Notes: a model not told the origin generated them from the letters alone. Shown: positions 29,423 to 39,197, counted from the first letter of the stretch. The stretch is 64,000 bases of DNA from Nitrospirales bacterium (GCA_965203295.1 CBDBCZ010000019.1:2560001-2624000), one strand, 5' to 3'. Program-made: numbers and translations.

Positions 29423-29706
29423 GTTTTTGCCGTTGTCGTAGGATTGGCCTGATTAGGAGAAATATGTTGGCACGAGTGAAGGGTTTCGCAGTTTTTGCAG
29501 ACACGCGGGCGTCGCTTGAGAAAATGGATTTTTCCGCTGGCCAAACATGCATAATGAACAAATTTATTACAAATCGAGCAACGGGACCATCCTCCTCGGA
29601 ACATCGTGGTATCCCGGTAAAGCCCTTTTCCGCAAACTCCACACGTCTCAGGTTCAATGCCGAGCATGAGAGGCTCCCATTCACCGGCTGATTTGCGAAT
29701 ACTCAT
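29419..29706 (-). CDS. Stand-alone C4HC3 (PHD/RING-CH-like) zinc-finger protein
   Basis: CGVC-x17-CSIC-x4-H-x2-C-x15-CKNC. ATG 29706 lies 7 nt after the TATACT -10 (TTGTTT-N17-TATACT). Confidence 0.7.
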   Translation of the reverse strand: MSIRKSAGEWEPLMLGIEPETCGVCGKGLYRDTTMFRGGWSRCSICNKFVHYACLASGKIHFLKRRPRVCKNCETLHSCQHISPNQANPTTTAKT

Positions 29707-29874
29707 GTTGAAAAGTATAACCAGCTCATGTGGCAAAAACAATTATCGCTTAAACAAACTGAATAAGCTCCGTTCTTGGGAGGCAGGATTGTCTGACCTA
29801 TTTGACAGCAAAAAAATGCTTTTGTTACCCTCACACCCCATTCTTCTACTGAACATAAAGGCTCGGCCTTCCCG

Positions 29875-30774
29875 GTGATTATTGAAGAGTACCTTGAACA
29901 AAAACGTCAGGAAGTTGACCGGTTTCTCGAAGCCGAGATTCCTTCCTCTGATACGCCTCCAGCCATCCTCCACGAATCCATCCGATACAGTTTACTCGGA
30001 GGAGGCAAACGAATCAGGCCTATCCTCACTATTGCCACGGCAGAAGCCGTAGGCTACCTGCCAAAGGCCCTTCTCCCTGTGGCGTCCACCTTCGAATTAA
30101 TTCATACCTACTCCTTAATTCATGATGATTTACCGGCCATGGATGATGATGACTTCCGTCGAGGGAAGCCAACCAATCATAAAAGATTTGGTGAGGCGAT
30201 CGCGATACTGGCTGGAGATGCGTTGCAAGCGATGGCCTTTGAATTCTGTAGTCGACGAGATTTCATCAATGATTTAGATCCTCAATGCCAGATCCAGATT
30301 ATTCATGAGCTCGCTTCTGGGGCTGGCCATAGAGGGATGGTTGGTGGGCAAGTTTTCGATATACAAGCTGAGAATCTCGATGTCGATCTTGTCGATCTTA
30401 ATGGCTTACAGAATATTCACTCTCATAAAACCGGTCGGCTTATCCGTGCAGCTGTTCGTGCAGGGGCCTTGGTATCCGGGGCAAGCATTGCCCAACTCGA
30501 TAGCCTGACTCATTATGCCGAGGATATTGGCCTAGCCTTTCAAATTGCCGATGATGTATTGAATGTCACAGGAACCCGGAAAGAATTAGGTAAAAACACT
30601 AATACTGATGTCCAGCGCGGCAAAAAAACCTATCCTTCATTTTATGGGGTTGACGGAGCTCGAACGTTAGGGCAGGAATGTGTTGACCGGGCCATAGAAC
30701 GATTGGAAGTTTTTGATGAGAAAGCTGAACCTTTAAGGGCCCTTGCCGCTTATATTGTGAATAGACGGAGTTAG
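29875..30774 (+). CDS. ispA: Geranyltranstransferase / polyprenyl diphosphate synthase
   Basis: GGKRIRP, SLIHDDLPAMDDDDFRRG, KTG and FQIADDVL motifs. Confidence 0.93.
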   Translation: MIIEEYLEQKRQEVDRFLEAEIPSSDTPPAILHESIRYSLLGGGKRIRPILTIATAEAVGYLPKALLPVASTFELIHTYSLIHDDLPAMDDDDFRRGKPTNHKRFGEAIAILAGDALQAMAFEFCSRRDFINDLDPQCQIQIIHELASGAGHRGMVGGQVFDIQAENLDVDLVDLNGLQNIHSHKTGRLIRAAVRAGALVSGASIAQLDSLTHYAEDIGLAFQIADDVLNVTGTRKELGKNTNTDVQRGKKTYPSFYGVDGARTLGQECVDRAIERLEVFDEKAEPLRALAAYIVNRRS

Positions 30775-30955
30775 CTTACCCCTCCTCGGTTCATCGGACC
30801 TCATCGGTTCCGTTCGCTTTCTTTCACACCCCATACTCTGTAAAACGACAGCATAGGGTTATTCCATACTACCTAGGATTTTTTTGCCTTCATGTGGTAC
30901 ATATCACCTCACGATCCTTTCGTATTTCCGATTCGCGGCATCTGAAAAGACTCTC

Positions 30956-31942
30956 TTGAAAGCATTGGTGACAGGGGCAACGGGTTTTATTGGATCGGCA
31001 GTGGTCCGCGCTCTTGTGGCTTCGGGTATTCACGTGCGGGTCCTTGTCAGACCCCAAAGTGATCTTCGCAATCTGGAGCAATTGAAGGTTGAGTATGCAA
31101 CGGGAGATCTTCTTGATTCACAATCTCTCCTCCCAGCACTGAATGGGTGTGAACATCTGTACCACGTGGGTGCCCACTACGCTCTGTGGGACCGCAACCC
31201 CTCTATTTTCTATGCCATCAACGTGGAAGGGACTAAAAGATTGCTGGAAAAAGCCCAAGAAGCGGGTATGCAGCGCATTGTGTATACCAGTACTATTGGG
31301 GCCATTGGCCTACCCGAAGATGGCGGTTTGGGCACTGAAGAGACACCCATATCCACCGCCCAAATGGCCGGCCATTATAAACGTTCGAAATATCTGGCCG
31401 AACAGGAAGTTCTAAAATTCGCACAGTCTGGGTTACCTGTGGTGATTGTGAATCCATCTGCTCCAGTGGGGGAATACGACATAAAACCAACCCCCACTGG
31501 CCAAATTATCGTCGACTTTATGAAAGGACACATGTGGGCTTTTTTAGAAACCGGGATGAATATTATCGATGTTGAAGATGTTGCCATTGGACATCTTCAG
31601 GCGATGGAACGAGGAAAAATTGGAGAACGTTATATTCTTGGGAATCGGAATGTCACGCTCCAAGAGCTCTTTCAGACCTTGAGTCGAATGATTGGGGTCA
31701 AAGAGCCCACGATCAAAATACCTCGAAAGATTGTGCTCCCCCTGGCCCACTTGAATAAATGGATGGCTGATTTAGTGACACATCGCCCGCCACAAATTCC
31801 TTTGGAAGGGGTCCGAATGGCCAAATACTGCATGCATTATGATTGTTCCAAAGCTGTTCAGGAATTGGGATTACCCCAGACACCAATCGAAATTCCTTTG
31901 GCAAAAGCCGTGCATTGGTTCCAAACCCATGGTTATGCCTAG
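30956..31942 (+). CDS. hpnA: Hopanoid-associated sugar epimerase HpnA / NAD-dependent epimerase
   Basis: TGATGFIGS, YALW, YKRSK, IKPTPTG and KAVQELG motifs. TTG 30956 preferred. Confidence 0.8.
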   Translation: MKALVTGATGFIGSAVVRALVASGIHVRVLVRPQSDLRNLEQLKVEYATGDLLDSQSLLPALNGCEHLYHVGAHYALWDRNPSIFYAINVEGTKRLLEKAQEAGMQRIVYTSTIGAIGLPEDGGLGTEETPISTAQMAGHYKRSKYLAEQEVLKFAQSGLPVVIVNPSAPVGEYDIKPTPTGQIIVDFMKGHMWAFLETGMNIIDVEDVAIGHLQAMERGKIGERYILGNRNVTLQELFQTLSRMIGVKEPTIKIPRKIVLPLAHLNKWMADLVTHRPPQIPLEGVRMAKYCMHYDCSKAVQELGLPQTPIEIPLAKAVHWFQTHGYA

Positions 31943-32007
31943 TCCGACATGATTCAATGGGGTCTCGGCTCTGATGTCATGTTGACACTCCCGTAGGAAT
32001 CGTCTTC

Positions 32008-32826
32008 TTGGATTTCCCTTCTCTTTTTCTCAACACACTCCTCCTCCGTCCCTATGTTTTTGTGTTTCTGGGGTTTTCGTTATTTGTTGGGCATCGTCTT
32101 CTCGGATGGAAACGAACCACGATCTTTTTAGGAATGACGTGGCTCACAGCGTTCGTGTCTGAATTTTCTTCAACCCGAATCGGAATTCCCTTTGGGACGT
32201 ATTTTTACACTGGCTCGACACACGATCAGGAGCTCTATATTTCAAACATCCCGTTTATGGATTCCCTTTCCTTTTCATTCCTCCTTCTAGCCAGCTATTG
32301 TCTCGCGTTATGGTTTATCTCACCGTGGAAAATCTCTGAAATCTCTCATGAAAAGGGACTGGATACTCAATACGCGACGAGTTGGAGAACCGTTTTCTTA
32401 ACGTCTTTTCTTTTTATATTTATTGATATTGTGATTGACCCAATTGCTTTGCGGGGTGATCGATGGTTCCTTGGTCTGATTTATGGGTACCCTGATCCTG
32501 GGATCTATTTTGGGGTCCCATTGGCGAATTTTGCAGGATGGATGTTCGTGGGGTTGGTTTCCATGATGGCTTTCCGGACCTATGAAAAAAAGAATCATTC
32601 TCCCTTGGAATTCCAAGAACTTTTTCAGCCCGGTACCATTTTCCTAGGGTGTGGTTTGTACTACGGGATCCTCTGCTTCAACCTGTTCATAACTTTTTGG
32701 ATTGGCGAACTTCTCATAGGCACGGTAGGATGCTTTATATACCTTCCCATTACGGTTCTCGCGTTGTTAAAATTTCTTGCCCGAGGAGGGAATCGCAATC
32801 TCAACGCACGGCATTCGACTAATTAA
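32008..32826 (+). CDS. Carotenoid biosynthesis family (CruF/DUF422-like) membrane protein
   Basis: GIPFGTY, DIVIDP and YFGVPLANFAGW motifs. Multiple TM segments. Confidence 0.8.
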   Translation: MDFPSLFLNTLLLRPYVFVFLGFSLFVGHRLLGWKRTTIFLGMTWLTAFVSEFSSTRIGIPFGTYFYTGSTHDQELYISNIPFMDSLSFSFLLLASYCLALWFISPWKISEISHEKGLDTQYATSWRTVFLTSFLFIFIDIVIDPIALRGDRWFLGLIYGYPDPGIYFGVPLANFAGWMFVGLVSMMAFRTYEKKNHSPLEFQELFQPGTIFLGCGLYYGILCFNLFITFWIGELLIGTVGCFIYLPITVLALLKFLARGGNRNLNARHSTN

Positions 32827-33002
32827 GTGGAGGAACGGTCCTGGGTCTTGGGATGGCCTCGTGTTTCTTCACGAATTGCCTTGAGCCAATAGGCATGCTG
32901 GAGTATTATGAAGGACGGATATCTAAAATAAGGTAACGGGGGACGGAAACCTGGGAAAACGTCCTTTTCATCTGAATGGAACGGGCGCATCCATGAGGAG
33001 AA

Positions 33003-34121
33003 ATGACTATGACTCAAGGCTCATCTGGTGGTAGTGGAGTGATCCGAAAGTTGATCGTTTCAGTCATTTTAGGGGTATTGATTTGGTTTGGCAGCGGTCA
33101 GCTGGGATTTGCCCAGGTTTTTCAATGGATGTTTGTGGTCTATGTGGGTTTGGGCTTCTTGGTATTTGTCCTCCTTGATGCCCCTCCCCTTCCACGGTTT
33201 TCTGGGTGGCTGGCTGTTGTGGCATTAATAGGGTTCTACGCGGTCATTTCCGCCACGTATATACTCGGGACCATTGCCTTGCCCCAATACGATCCAGAAG
33301 CGGAAAAAGGGAAAATCGAAAAGCTTTTGAAACGGAAACGAGAGCGGGTCCAGGCGAAATCACAGGAAGTCGATAATCTCCTCCTTAAAATGCAAGCCAT
33401 AGAGGGGAAGACACAGCATGTTATGGCCCGTTTGAGCAAACTTGCACCCGCCGTGGCTCCCTCACCCACGAAGGGAATAGGGTCGACTGGGACCGGGGCT
33501 ATGACTGTCGTGGATCGGGGAAAAGAGGTTTACCAACTGTATGAATGTTATAACTGTCATAAAATTGGTGGAGAAGGCGGGAAAAAGCGGGGTCCCATAC
33601 TTGATAATATTGGAACGTATTTGACGGTAGAGGATATGAAGCGAAAAATTTTTGATCCCACCTACTTATATGCCGAAGGATTTGAAAAACAGCATAAAAA
33701 GGGAAAAATGCCTGACAAGTATAAGGAATTAATGGATGAGGAAGAAGTGAATGCGTTGGCTACCTATCTTTCGACGCTCAAAGATACCAGTGTCAACACC
33801 CCCAAACCAATTTTCGTCAAGTCGAACGTTGAGCATGGATATACCGTTTTTGGATATGTGCGGGATTCCAAGGGGACTCCCCTTCCCGGAGTAAAGGTCA
33901 ATGTTATGCCCAAGAAGAAAGGCAGTCATGGGGCATCGGGAAATACGAATGACACTGGGTATTACGAAGTGTTTATCCACATGCACAATGAGGATGTCGG
34001 GGCCACGGTAACGGTGTCAACCAAAAACACACAACAAGATTTTGTGGCCAATTACGATCCCAACGATAAAGTCACGAAACGGCAAAAATCATTGGACTTG
34101 ATCATTTCCGGAAACCTCTAG
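33003..34121 (+). CDS. Membrane-anchored monoheme c-type cytochrome with C-terminal carboxypeptidase-regulatory-like beta domain
   Basis: Three N-terminal TM, coiled coil, CYNCH...GP-L...MP (His/Met ligation), GYVRDSKGTPLPGVKV...TNDTGYY. Confidence 0.8.
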   Translation: MTMTQGSSGGSGVIRKLIVSVILGVLIWFGSGQLGFAQVFQWMFVVYVGLGFLVFVLLDAPPLPRFSGWLAVVALIGFYAVISATYILGTIALPQYDPEAEKGKIEKLLKRKRERVQAKSQEVDNLLLKMQAIEGKTQHVMARLSKLAPAVAPSPTKGIGSTGTGAMTVVDRGKEVYQLYECYNCHKIGGEGGKKRGPILDNIGTYLTVEDMKRKIFDPTYLYAEGFEKQHKKGKMPDKYKELMDEEEVNALATYLSTLKDTSVNTPKPIFVKSNVEHGYTVFGYVRDSKGTPLPGVKVNVMPKKKGSHGASGNTNDTGYYEVFIHMHNEDVGATVTVSTKNTQQDFVANYDPNDKVTKRQKSLDLIISGNL

Positions 34122-34247
34122 TCTGTTGAGCCTATTCCAAAGGAAGCGTCGCGTCAGAAAACCCAGCGGCCAGTTCTGTCATATGAGGGAGGCAGCTTTG
34201 GTAAGATCAGTCCAAGGGCAAATGTTGTTGTAAAGGTCTATTTTTCG

Positions 34248-34649
34248 ATGCGAGGTTTTCTTATTCGATGTACGGTAACCGGGGCTGCAGTCCTGGTTGC
34301 CAGTCAGGTTATCGGGGGTATCGCTATTGATTCACTCGCTGCGGGCATTGTTGGCGTGTTGGTGTTGGCGTTTCTCAATGCGTTGATTCGACCGCTCCTT
34401 TACCTCCTTTCAGCTCCTTTTATTGTCGTAACTTTCGGATTATTTATGGTCGTGATCAATGCGTTTCTTCTCAAATTTGTGTCCTTTTTAGTCGAGAGTT
34501 TCCATGTGGAAGGATTTTTGGCAGCTGCTGGAGGTGCTCTCCTGATTAGTTTGGTCAGTGCGCTCCTCAACTTCTTTATTTCCGAAAGAGGAGGGATAGA
34601 AGTCGCCGTATCATCTCAACGACCTAGAAAAATTCGTCACATCAATTGA
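34248..34649 (+). CDS. YvlD / 4-TM phage-holin-family membrane protein
   Basis: LNALIRPLL...P..VVTFGLF..VINA motif. Confidence 0.85.
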   Translation: MRGFLIRCTVTGAAVLVASQVIGGIAIDSLAAGIVGVLVLAFLNALIRPLLYLLSAPFIVVTFGLFMVVINAFLLKFVSFLVESFHVEGFLAAAGGALLISLVSALLNFFISERGGIEVAVSSQRPRKIRHIN

Positions 34650-34686
34650 CATACCCACTGAAAGCTAGCAAGAATCCCAGTCCCCT

Positions 34687-36504
34687 ATGCGAGAAGAAAA
34701 AACGAAAAAAAAAGTGGCTGATCTTAAACAGGCCACAAATCAGAGTACTTTGCAAAAAATTCTGAGTTCAGTGGTCAATGATTTGAGGTGGGACGCCACT
34801 GTCGCTATTCTCAGCCAGGAGCAGGGGCCCTTGATTCCCCAAGTATCTCGTGGGTTTACAGAGCGAGAGGTAAGGGCGATTTTCCGAGCTCTCCCTGAGA
34901 ATGAATGGGAACTGAAAGGAAGGCAGGAAACCTCTAACGGAGCTGATCCAGAAGGCTCCATACGGCTTCGAATGGTTTCTCCGGGATCAAAGGTGATTCT
35001 TGCTGTCCCTTTACTAGAAAGGCAACGTGTGTATGGAGCGTTAGTTCTTGGGAAACAGGAAAATGCGACGTTTACCAAGCGGGATAAGTCCTCTATCGAA
35101 GATGCCAGGTCCACCATCACCAAGGAATTAAAACAAGCTAAACTCTTCAACACCTCGCTCATCCTTCATCAGCCCTTTGTTCCTCAAGAGCCTTTCCCGG
35201 AATCTGAGGCGAAGAGAGGATCAACTTCTACGTATACAACCCCTGAAATTCAAAAAAGAATCGAAGCCATTCTCACCGAGGCCCACGAGTTCATCCAGTT
35301 CGATCGGGCATGGGTGACATTGTACGATCCCCTTGCCGCATCTTTAGAGGTTTTGGGAAGTCTAGCGGGGCACAAAAAAGAATTACTACCTGGTCAGCGC
35401 CTCTTGTTAAACGAATCTGCCTCAGGGTGGGCTGTTCGCCACAGGAAACCCCGAATTGACCAAAATCTGGCTTCTACCCAAGGCCGATTTCATGACTATA
35501 AACAGTTGTATCGAGAGCGATTTAAGAACGCGTTGGTTGTGCCGTTTCTTGTGCGAGGACGAGTAGCGGGGACACTGACTCTGAGCTCGAAATTGGAAAA
35601 GGCTTTTGAATCACCAGAAGCGGACAGCCGGAAATTGGTCCCAGTCACCACTAAATTAGGGCAATTGTTTGAAGACCCCTCCTTAAAATTGTCCTTCTTT
35701 TATCCCCCCCAACCTTCACAGGGACAATCTCCTGACTTTCCTGGAACAGAAACGTTAGAGCCGACGATTCGTCGACAAGAGCGACAAGAAGCCCTGAAAG
35801 AAGTCAGTTCGTTCTTGGCGACAGAAATTCGCGAACCGATGGGATTCGTCCGTGCTCAGCTGGAAGAGGTGACTGGAGAGGGATCCCTTGATTTTGAAAG
35901 TCAAACCCGTATTGAAGCCGCGATGCGCGACTTGATTCGAATCGAAACCCTCTTGCACGAGATCTTGGATTTTGCGAGGCCCTTGGAACTCGATCGACGC
36001 CTCTGTCGCGTGCCTGACCTCCTTGAAAAGGCACTGTCATTGATTCTTACGGATTTGAAGGTGAGCCGGATAGAGGTCATGAAAGACCTTCCTCCCCGTT
36101 TAGCACAAGTCCGTTGGGATGAGGCCAAAATGCAGTATGCGTTTCTCAGTATTTTTAAGAATGCGCTCGAAGCGATGTCACCCGGCGGTCACTTACGAAT
36201 AGCGGCATCGATGAAAAGGGGTCGCCAGCCAGAAATGCTTATCACGATTGAAAATGATGGGGCTCTAATTCCAGCTGAACATGTGGATAAAGTCTTTGAG
36301 CCCTATTTCACGACGAAACGTTCCGGGACCGGTCTGGGTTTAGCGACAGTCAAGAAAATTGTTGAAGAACACGAAGGCAAGATATTCATTGAGAGTGGGA
36401 CAGAACAGGGGACCACCGTCACGATTCGACTACCTGCCCTTAGCCCACGTCCCCCTTATAGACGTAGAGGAGGGCCCCCTCGAAAAACCCTGAGGCATCA
36501 TTAA
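34687..36504 (+). CDS. GAF-GAF-HisKA-HATPase sensor protein; phosphoacceptor His replaced by Thr
   Basis: Two GAF-like domains. H-box reads LATEIREP. KNALEAM, FEPYFTTK and GTGLGL are present. Confidence 0.85.
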   Translation: MREEKTKKKVADLKQATNQSTLQKILSSVVNDLRWDATVAILSQEQGPLIPQVSRGFTEREVRAIFRALPENEWELKGRQETSNGADPEGSIRLRMVSPGSKVILAVPLLERQRVYGALVLGKQENATFTKRDKSSIEDARSTITKELKQAKLFNTSLILHQPFVPQEPFPESEAKRGSTSTYTTPEIQKRIEAILTEAHEFIQFDRAWVTLYDPLAASLEVLGSLAGHKKELLPGQRLLLNESASGWAVRHRKPRIDQNLASTQGRFHDYKQLYRERFKNALVVPFLVRGRVAGTLTLSSKLEKAFESPEADSRKLVPVTTKLGQLFEDPSLKLSFFYPPQPSQGQSPDFPGTETLEPTIRRQERQEALKEVSSFLATEIREPMGFVRAQLEEVTGEGSLDFESQTRIEAAMRDLIRIETLLHEILDFARPLELDRRLCRVPDLLEKALSLILTDLKVSRIEVMKDLPPRLAQVRWDEAKMQYAFLSIFKNALEAMSPGGHLRIAASMKRGRQPEMLITIENDGALIPAEHVDKVFEPYFTTKRSGTGLGLATVKKIVEEHEGKIFIESGTEQGTTVTIRLPALSPRPPYRRRGGPPRKTLRHH

Positions 36505-36634
36505 AGATTCAACTCCACTCCCTTGACACTTCCCCAGGAAAACAAATAAGATTCACCATTCTTAGTCCATCATCATTGATTACTATTATAAGGGTAGATT
36601 TTGTATTAACCTGTTATAACAAAGGAGCGGACTT

Positions 36635-36973
36635 ATGAAGGCCCTTCGAATTCTTCTCGCCACCGCCGCTTGTACTGCGTTGACAGTCTCCATTGCTTTT
36701 GCGAATCCAGGAATGCTCCCTAAACACCCAGGGTATCCTGCAAAGGGGAAATCCCCGGCTACTGGGCAATCAACTGCAAATGATCCTGGACAAAGGCATA
36801 TGAATCAGGCAAGTGGAGCAACGGCTGACGCAAGTGCGATGAATGATGTTTCTGATCCCAACCGTGCACGAATTCTTAAGTCGACTGGCGCCGGAAAACT
36901 TCCACAAGTTGAGGGACCGCTCAATAATGTCAATGTGAATCCTGCTGGTGCCACATCCACCAAGATGCAATAA
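36635..36973 (+). CDS. Small secreted hypothetical protein
   Basis: AAGGAG SD, signal peptide (AFA/N), promoter-like TTGACA-N18-TAAGAT at 36523-36552, and its own terminator. Confidence 0.8.
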   Translation: MKALRILLATAACTALTVSIAFANPGMLPKHPGYPAKGKSPATGQSTANDPGQRHMNQASGATADASAMNDVSDPNRARILKSTGAGKLPQVEGPLNNVNVNPAGATSTKMQ

Positions 36974-37003
36974 AGGTTTTTCTTCACATCCTGAAAAGAT
37001 TGT

Positions 37004-37038
37004 AAGGGAGGTTGTCCTGGTGATAGCCTCCCTTTTTT
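37004..37038 (+). terminator. Rho-independent terminator
   Basis: AAGGGAGGTTGTC / GATAGCCTCCCTT stem followed by a T-run. Confidence 0.8.
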
Positions 37039-37162
37039 CTTTCTTATCCGGCACTTCCATTAAGGCAAGTTTTCAAGACTCATCGTTCTTGTTTCCCCCC
37101 TTTAAAAGGTTTTCCCAATTCGTTTTGACAAAGGCTTGAGCCTATTCACATGAACCCCTTAG

Positions 37163-37309
37163 GAACTTACTGAACCCAATTGTGGAGATACGACCTTGGC
37201 TCAACTGTTGAAATCCAGAATACGACAGGAAGGACCTATCACGTTTAGAGAGTTTATGCACACCGCGTCGACAGTCCTTTTTCAATACTCTCTGTTCCTC
37301 TCTGATTAG
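37163..37309 (+). pseudogene. N-terminal remnant of a MidA/NDUFAF7-type SAM-dependent methyltransferase
   Basis: LAQLLKSRIRQEGPITFREFMHTA matches the family N-terminal GPITF..FM motif. Similarity ends at about 37267 and the frame stops at 37309. Confidence 0.6.
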
Positions 37310-37450
37310 GTCCTAACCTTACTCAAATTAAAAAGAACGAAAATCAAACACAGACTGCCAGAATATCATGGCAATGGAGGCAAGAGTACTGCGTTCAGGA
37401 AAAATAGTGTGGGCAAGGAAGACCCAAGGTAAGGGAAAGATGAACGGCAT

Positions 37451-37486
37451 AAAAAAGGAGCCCAAGAAAAACATTGGGCTCCTTTT
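37451..37486. terminator. Bidirectional intrinsic terminator
   Basis: AAAAAAGGAGCCCAA-loop-TTGGGCTCCTTTT, downstream of grxD on the minus strand. Confidence 0.85.
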
Positions 37487-37520
37487 CTCTTAATGATTCG
37501 TTATTGAAATGGAATGAAAG

Positions 37521-37847
37521 TTACTCAGTTTTAAACACTTCATTTAGAATTGGCGCAAGTTCGCCTTTTTCTTCCATAGGCCCCAAAATGTCTGTATCTC
37601 CGTAAAATTTTCCGTTGATAAACACTTTGGGAAGGGTTGGCCAATTTGTCATCTGGGTCAATTTTTCACGCTTGGCCTGGTTTGTCAGAGTATTAATGAT
37701 TTCATAGGGGTAACCGTATTTGTCAAAGAATTGCATGGTTTCGACAGTAAACCCACATTGTGGGGCGTCCTTGGTCCCTTTCCCATAAATACAAATTTTG
37801 TGCTGCTGTATTTCTTTATTGATTTCTTCTTCAATGGAATCTGCCAT
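37521..37847 (-). CDS. grxD: Monothiol glutaredoxin (Grx4 family, CGFT)
   Basis: KGTKDAPQCGFT and NWPTLPKVFING motifs. Adjacent to bolA. Confidence 0.9.
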   Translation of the reverse strand: MADSIEEEINKEIQQHKICIYGKGTKDAPQCGFTVETMQFFDKYGYPYEIINTLTNQAKREKLTQMTNWPTLPKVFINGKFYGDTDILGPMEEKGELAPILNEVFKTE

Positions 37848-37858
37848 TATACCCTCCT

Positions 37859-38098
37859 TTATGTTTCGTCTTTGGTCTCCGTCTGAAGTTCTAATGCATG
37901 GATTCGACCATCTCTCATGGGCTCCTCCAGCGCCTGGTAGATCATCCGGTGCCGATCTAAAAGATTTTTTTCTTTGAAGAATTCCGAGACGATGCGAACA
38001 TGCAAATGATCCCTCGTTCCCGTACGATCAGTCACCGCAACCGTTGCATCAGGTAGCATTCGGCGAATGTATTCTGTAAACGTTTCTTCAGTAATCAT
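37859..38098 (-). CDS. bolA: BolA/IbaG family protein
   Basis: DH..RIVSEFF...RHRMIYQAL...IHALELQT motif. Confidence 0.92.
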   Translation of the reverse strand: MITEETFTEYIRRMLPDATVAVTDRTGTRDHLHVRIVSEFFKEKNLLDRHRMIYQALEEPMRDGRIHALELQTETKDET

Positions 38099-38193
38099 AG
38101 GACCTCATTAGAAAATATCTCTACTGCCTTCAACTGTTGCTTATGTTACTGTAGTTCTTCAAGATCATGCAATTGGTTCAAATGAGTCAATAC

Positions 38194-38922
38194 TCAGGCC
38201 CCAGAACTCAAGAATCTCTCTTTGAAACACTCTCTAATAAAGGGACCTAGACTGTTCATAACAGTAGGTGGGATCTCATGACCACCAGTGAACTCTTGCC
38301 ATTGCACCTCTAATCCACCAGCAATAAAATGATCACGAAGTTCTTGGGCTGTTCGATAGGGAAGTAACGGATCTTCCCCTCCATGGCTTTGAAAAACCTT
38401 AAGGCCTTTCTTCTTTCGAATCAGTGTCGTCCATTCCTCTTTAGCAATGAAGGTTCCAGACATCATCACCAGGCTAGCAAAAGACTGGTCTGAACGAAGG
38501 ATGAGGTCACAGGCCAGCATACTCCCTTGAGAAAATCCACCTAAAATGATGTCTTGGGCACTCACGTGCCAATGGTTTTGAAGATCTTCAAGGAAAGAAA
38601 CAATACATCCCCTGGCATGAGATAAACCGCTTGGGACTTCTCGAACATCACGACCGCGACCCTGAGCTAGAGCAACGGGATCGACATTGATCATCCACCA
38701 GGCCCGAGATCCCGGCCAACCGAGGTTTAGGGAAAGAGGCCCTACCGGAAATGCGAATCTCGTGGTCTTGGGAGCGTCGATCGCTTGCGAAAGAGATACG
38801 AGATCATTTCCTGGTGCTCCGAAACCATGAAGAAGGACAACAAACGGTCCCTCCCCGCTTCCTTCTCCGTCCATGCCTCCGGCAATATACACCTCTAAGC
38901 CACCTAGCCTGAGTTGTCGCAT
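38194..38922 (-). CDS. Phospholipase/carboxylesterase (alpha/beta hydrolase)
   Basis: LLHGFGA, RAWW, GGFSQG, HGGEDP and GGHEI motifs. Confidence 0.9.
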   Translation of the reverse strand: MRQLRLGGLEVYIAGGMDGEGSGEGPFVVLLHGFGAPGNDLVSLSQAIDAPKTTRFAFPVGPLSLNLGWPGSRAWWMINVDPVALAQGRGRDVREVPSGLSHARGCIVSFLEDLQNHWHVSAQDIILGGFSQGSMLACDLILRSDQSFASLVMMSGTFIAKEEWTTLIRKKKGLKVFQSHGGEDPLLPYRTAQELRDHFIAGGLEVQWQEFTGGHEIPPTVMNSLGPFIRECFKERFLSSGA

Positions 38923-38945
38923 GGATCACGAGGGTGGGAATTGGG

Positions 38946-39125
38946 TCAATGCCCCATCTTGGGGGCCCCAGCATTGGCGCCTTGGGTCACCAGCGGGATT
39001 CGTAAAACCTGTCGGCAGTGATTACACGTCACCCGCAGAGTATTTTCATCGCTATATTCAACGGCATTCTCAGGAACCCAAAACAAGAGTCCGCATTTAG
39101 GACATTTTCTCACAAGCATTGGCAT
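38946..39125 (-). CDS. Small zinc-ribbon protein (MJ0042-like)
   Basis: CPKC...CNHC. GAAGGGA SD. Confidence 0.7.
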   Translation of the reverse strand: MPMLVRKCPKCGLLFWVPENAVEYSDENTLRVTCNHCRQVLRIPLVTQGANAGAPKMGH

Positions 39126-39197
39126 CACATTTCCCTTCGTTTGCTGGTATTTAAAGTAGTTATAGTGTAATACAAATGAACCTTCTTTCGCTAGAAC

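Noticed and set aside
34248..34649. Holin-family gene as a prophage marker
   Set aside because: This family is common on chromosomes, and no phage genes are nearby.
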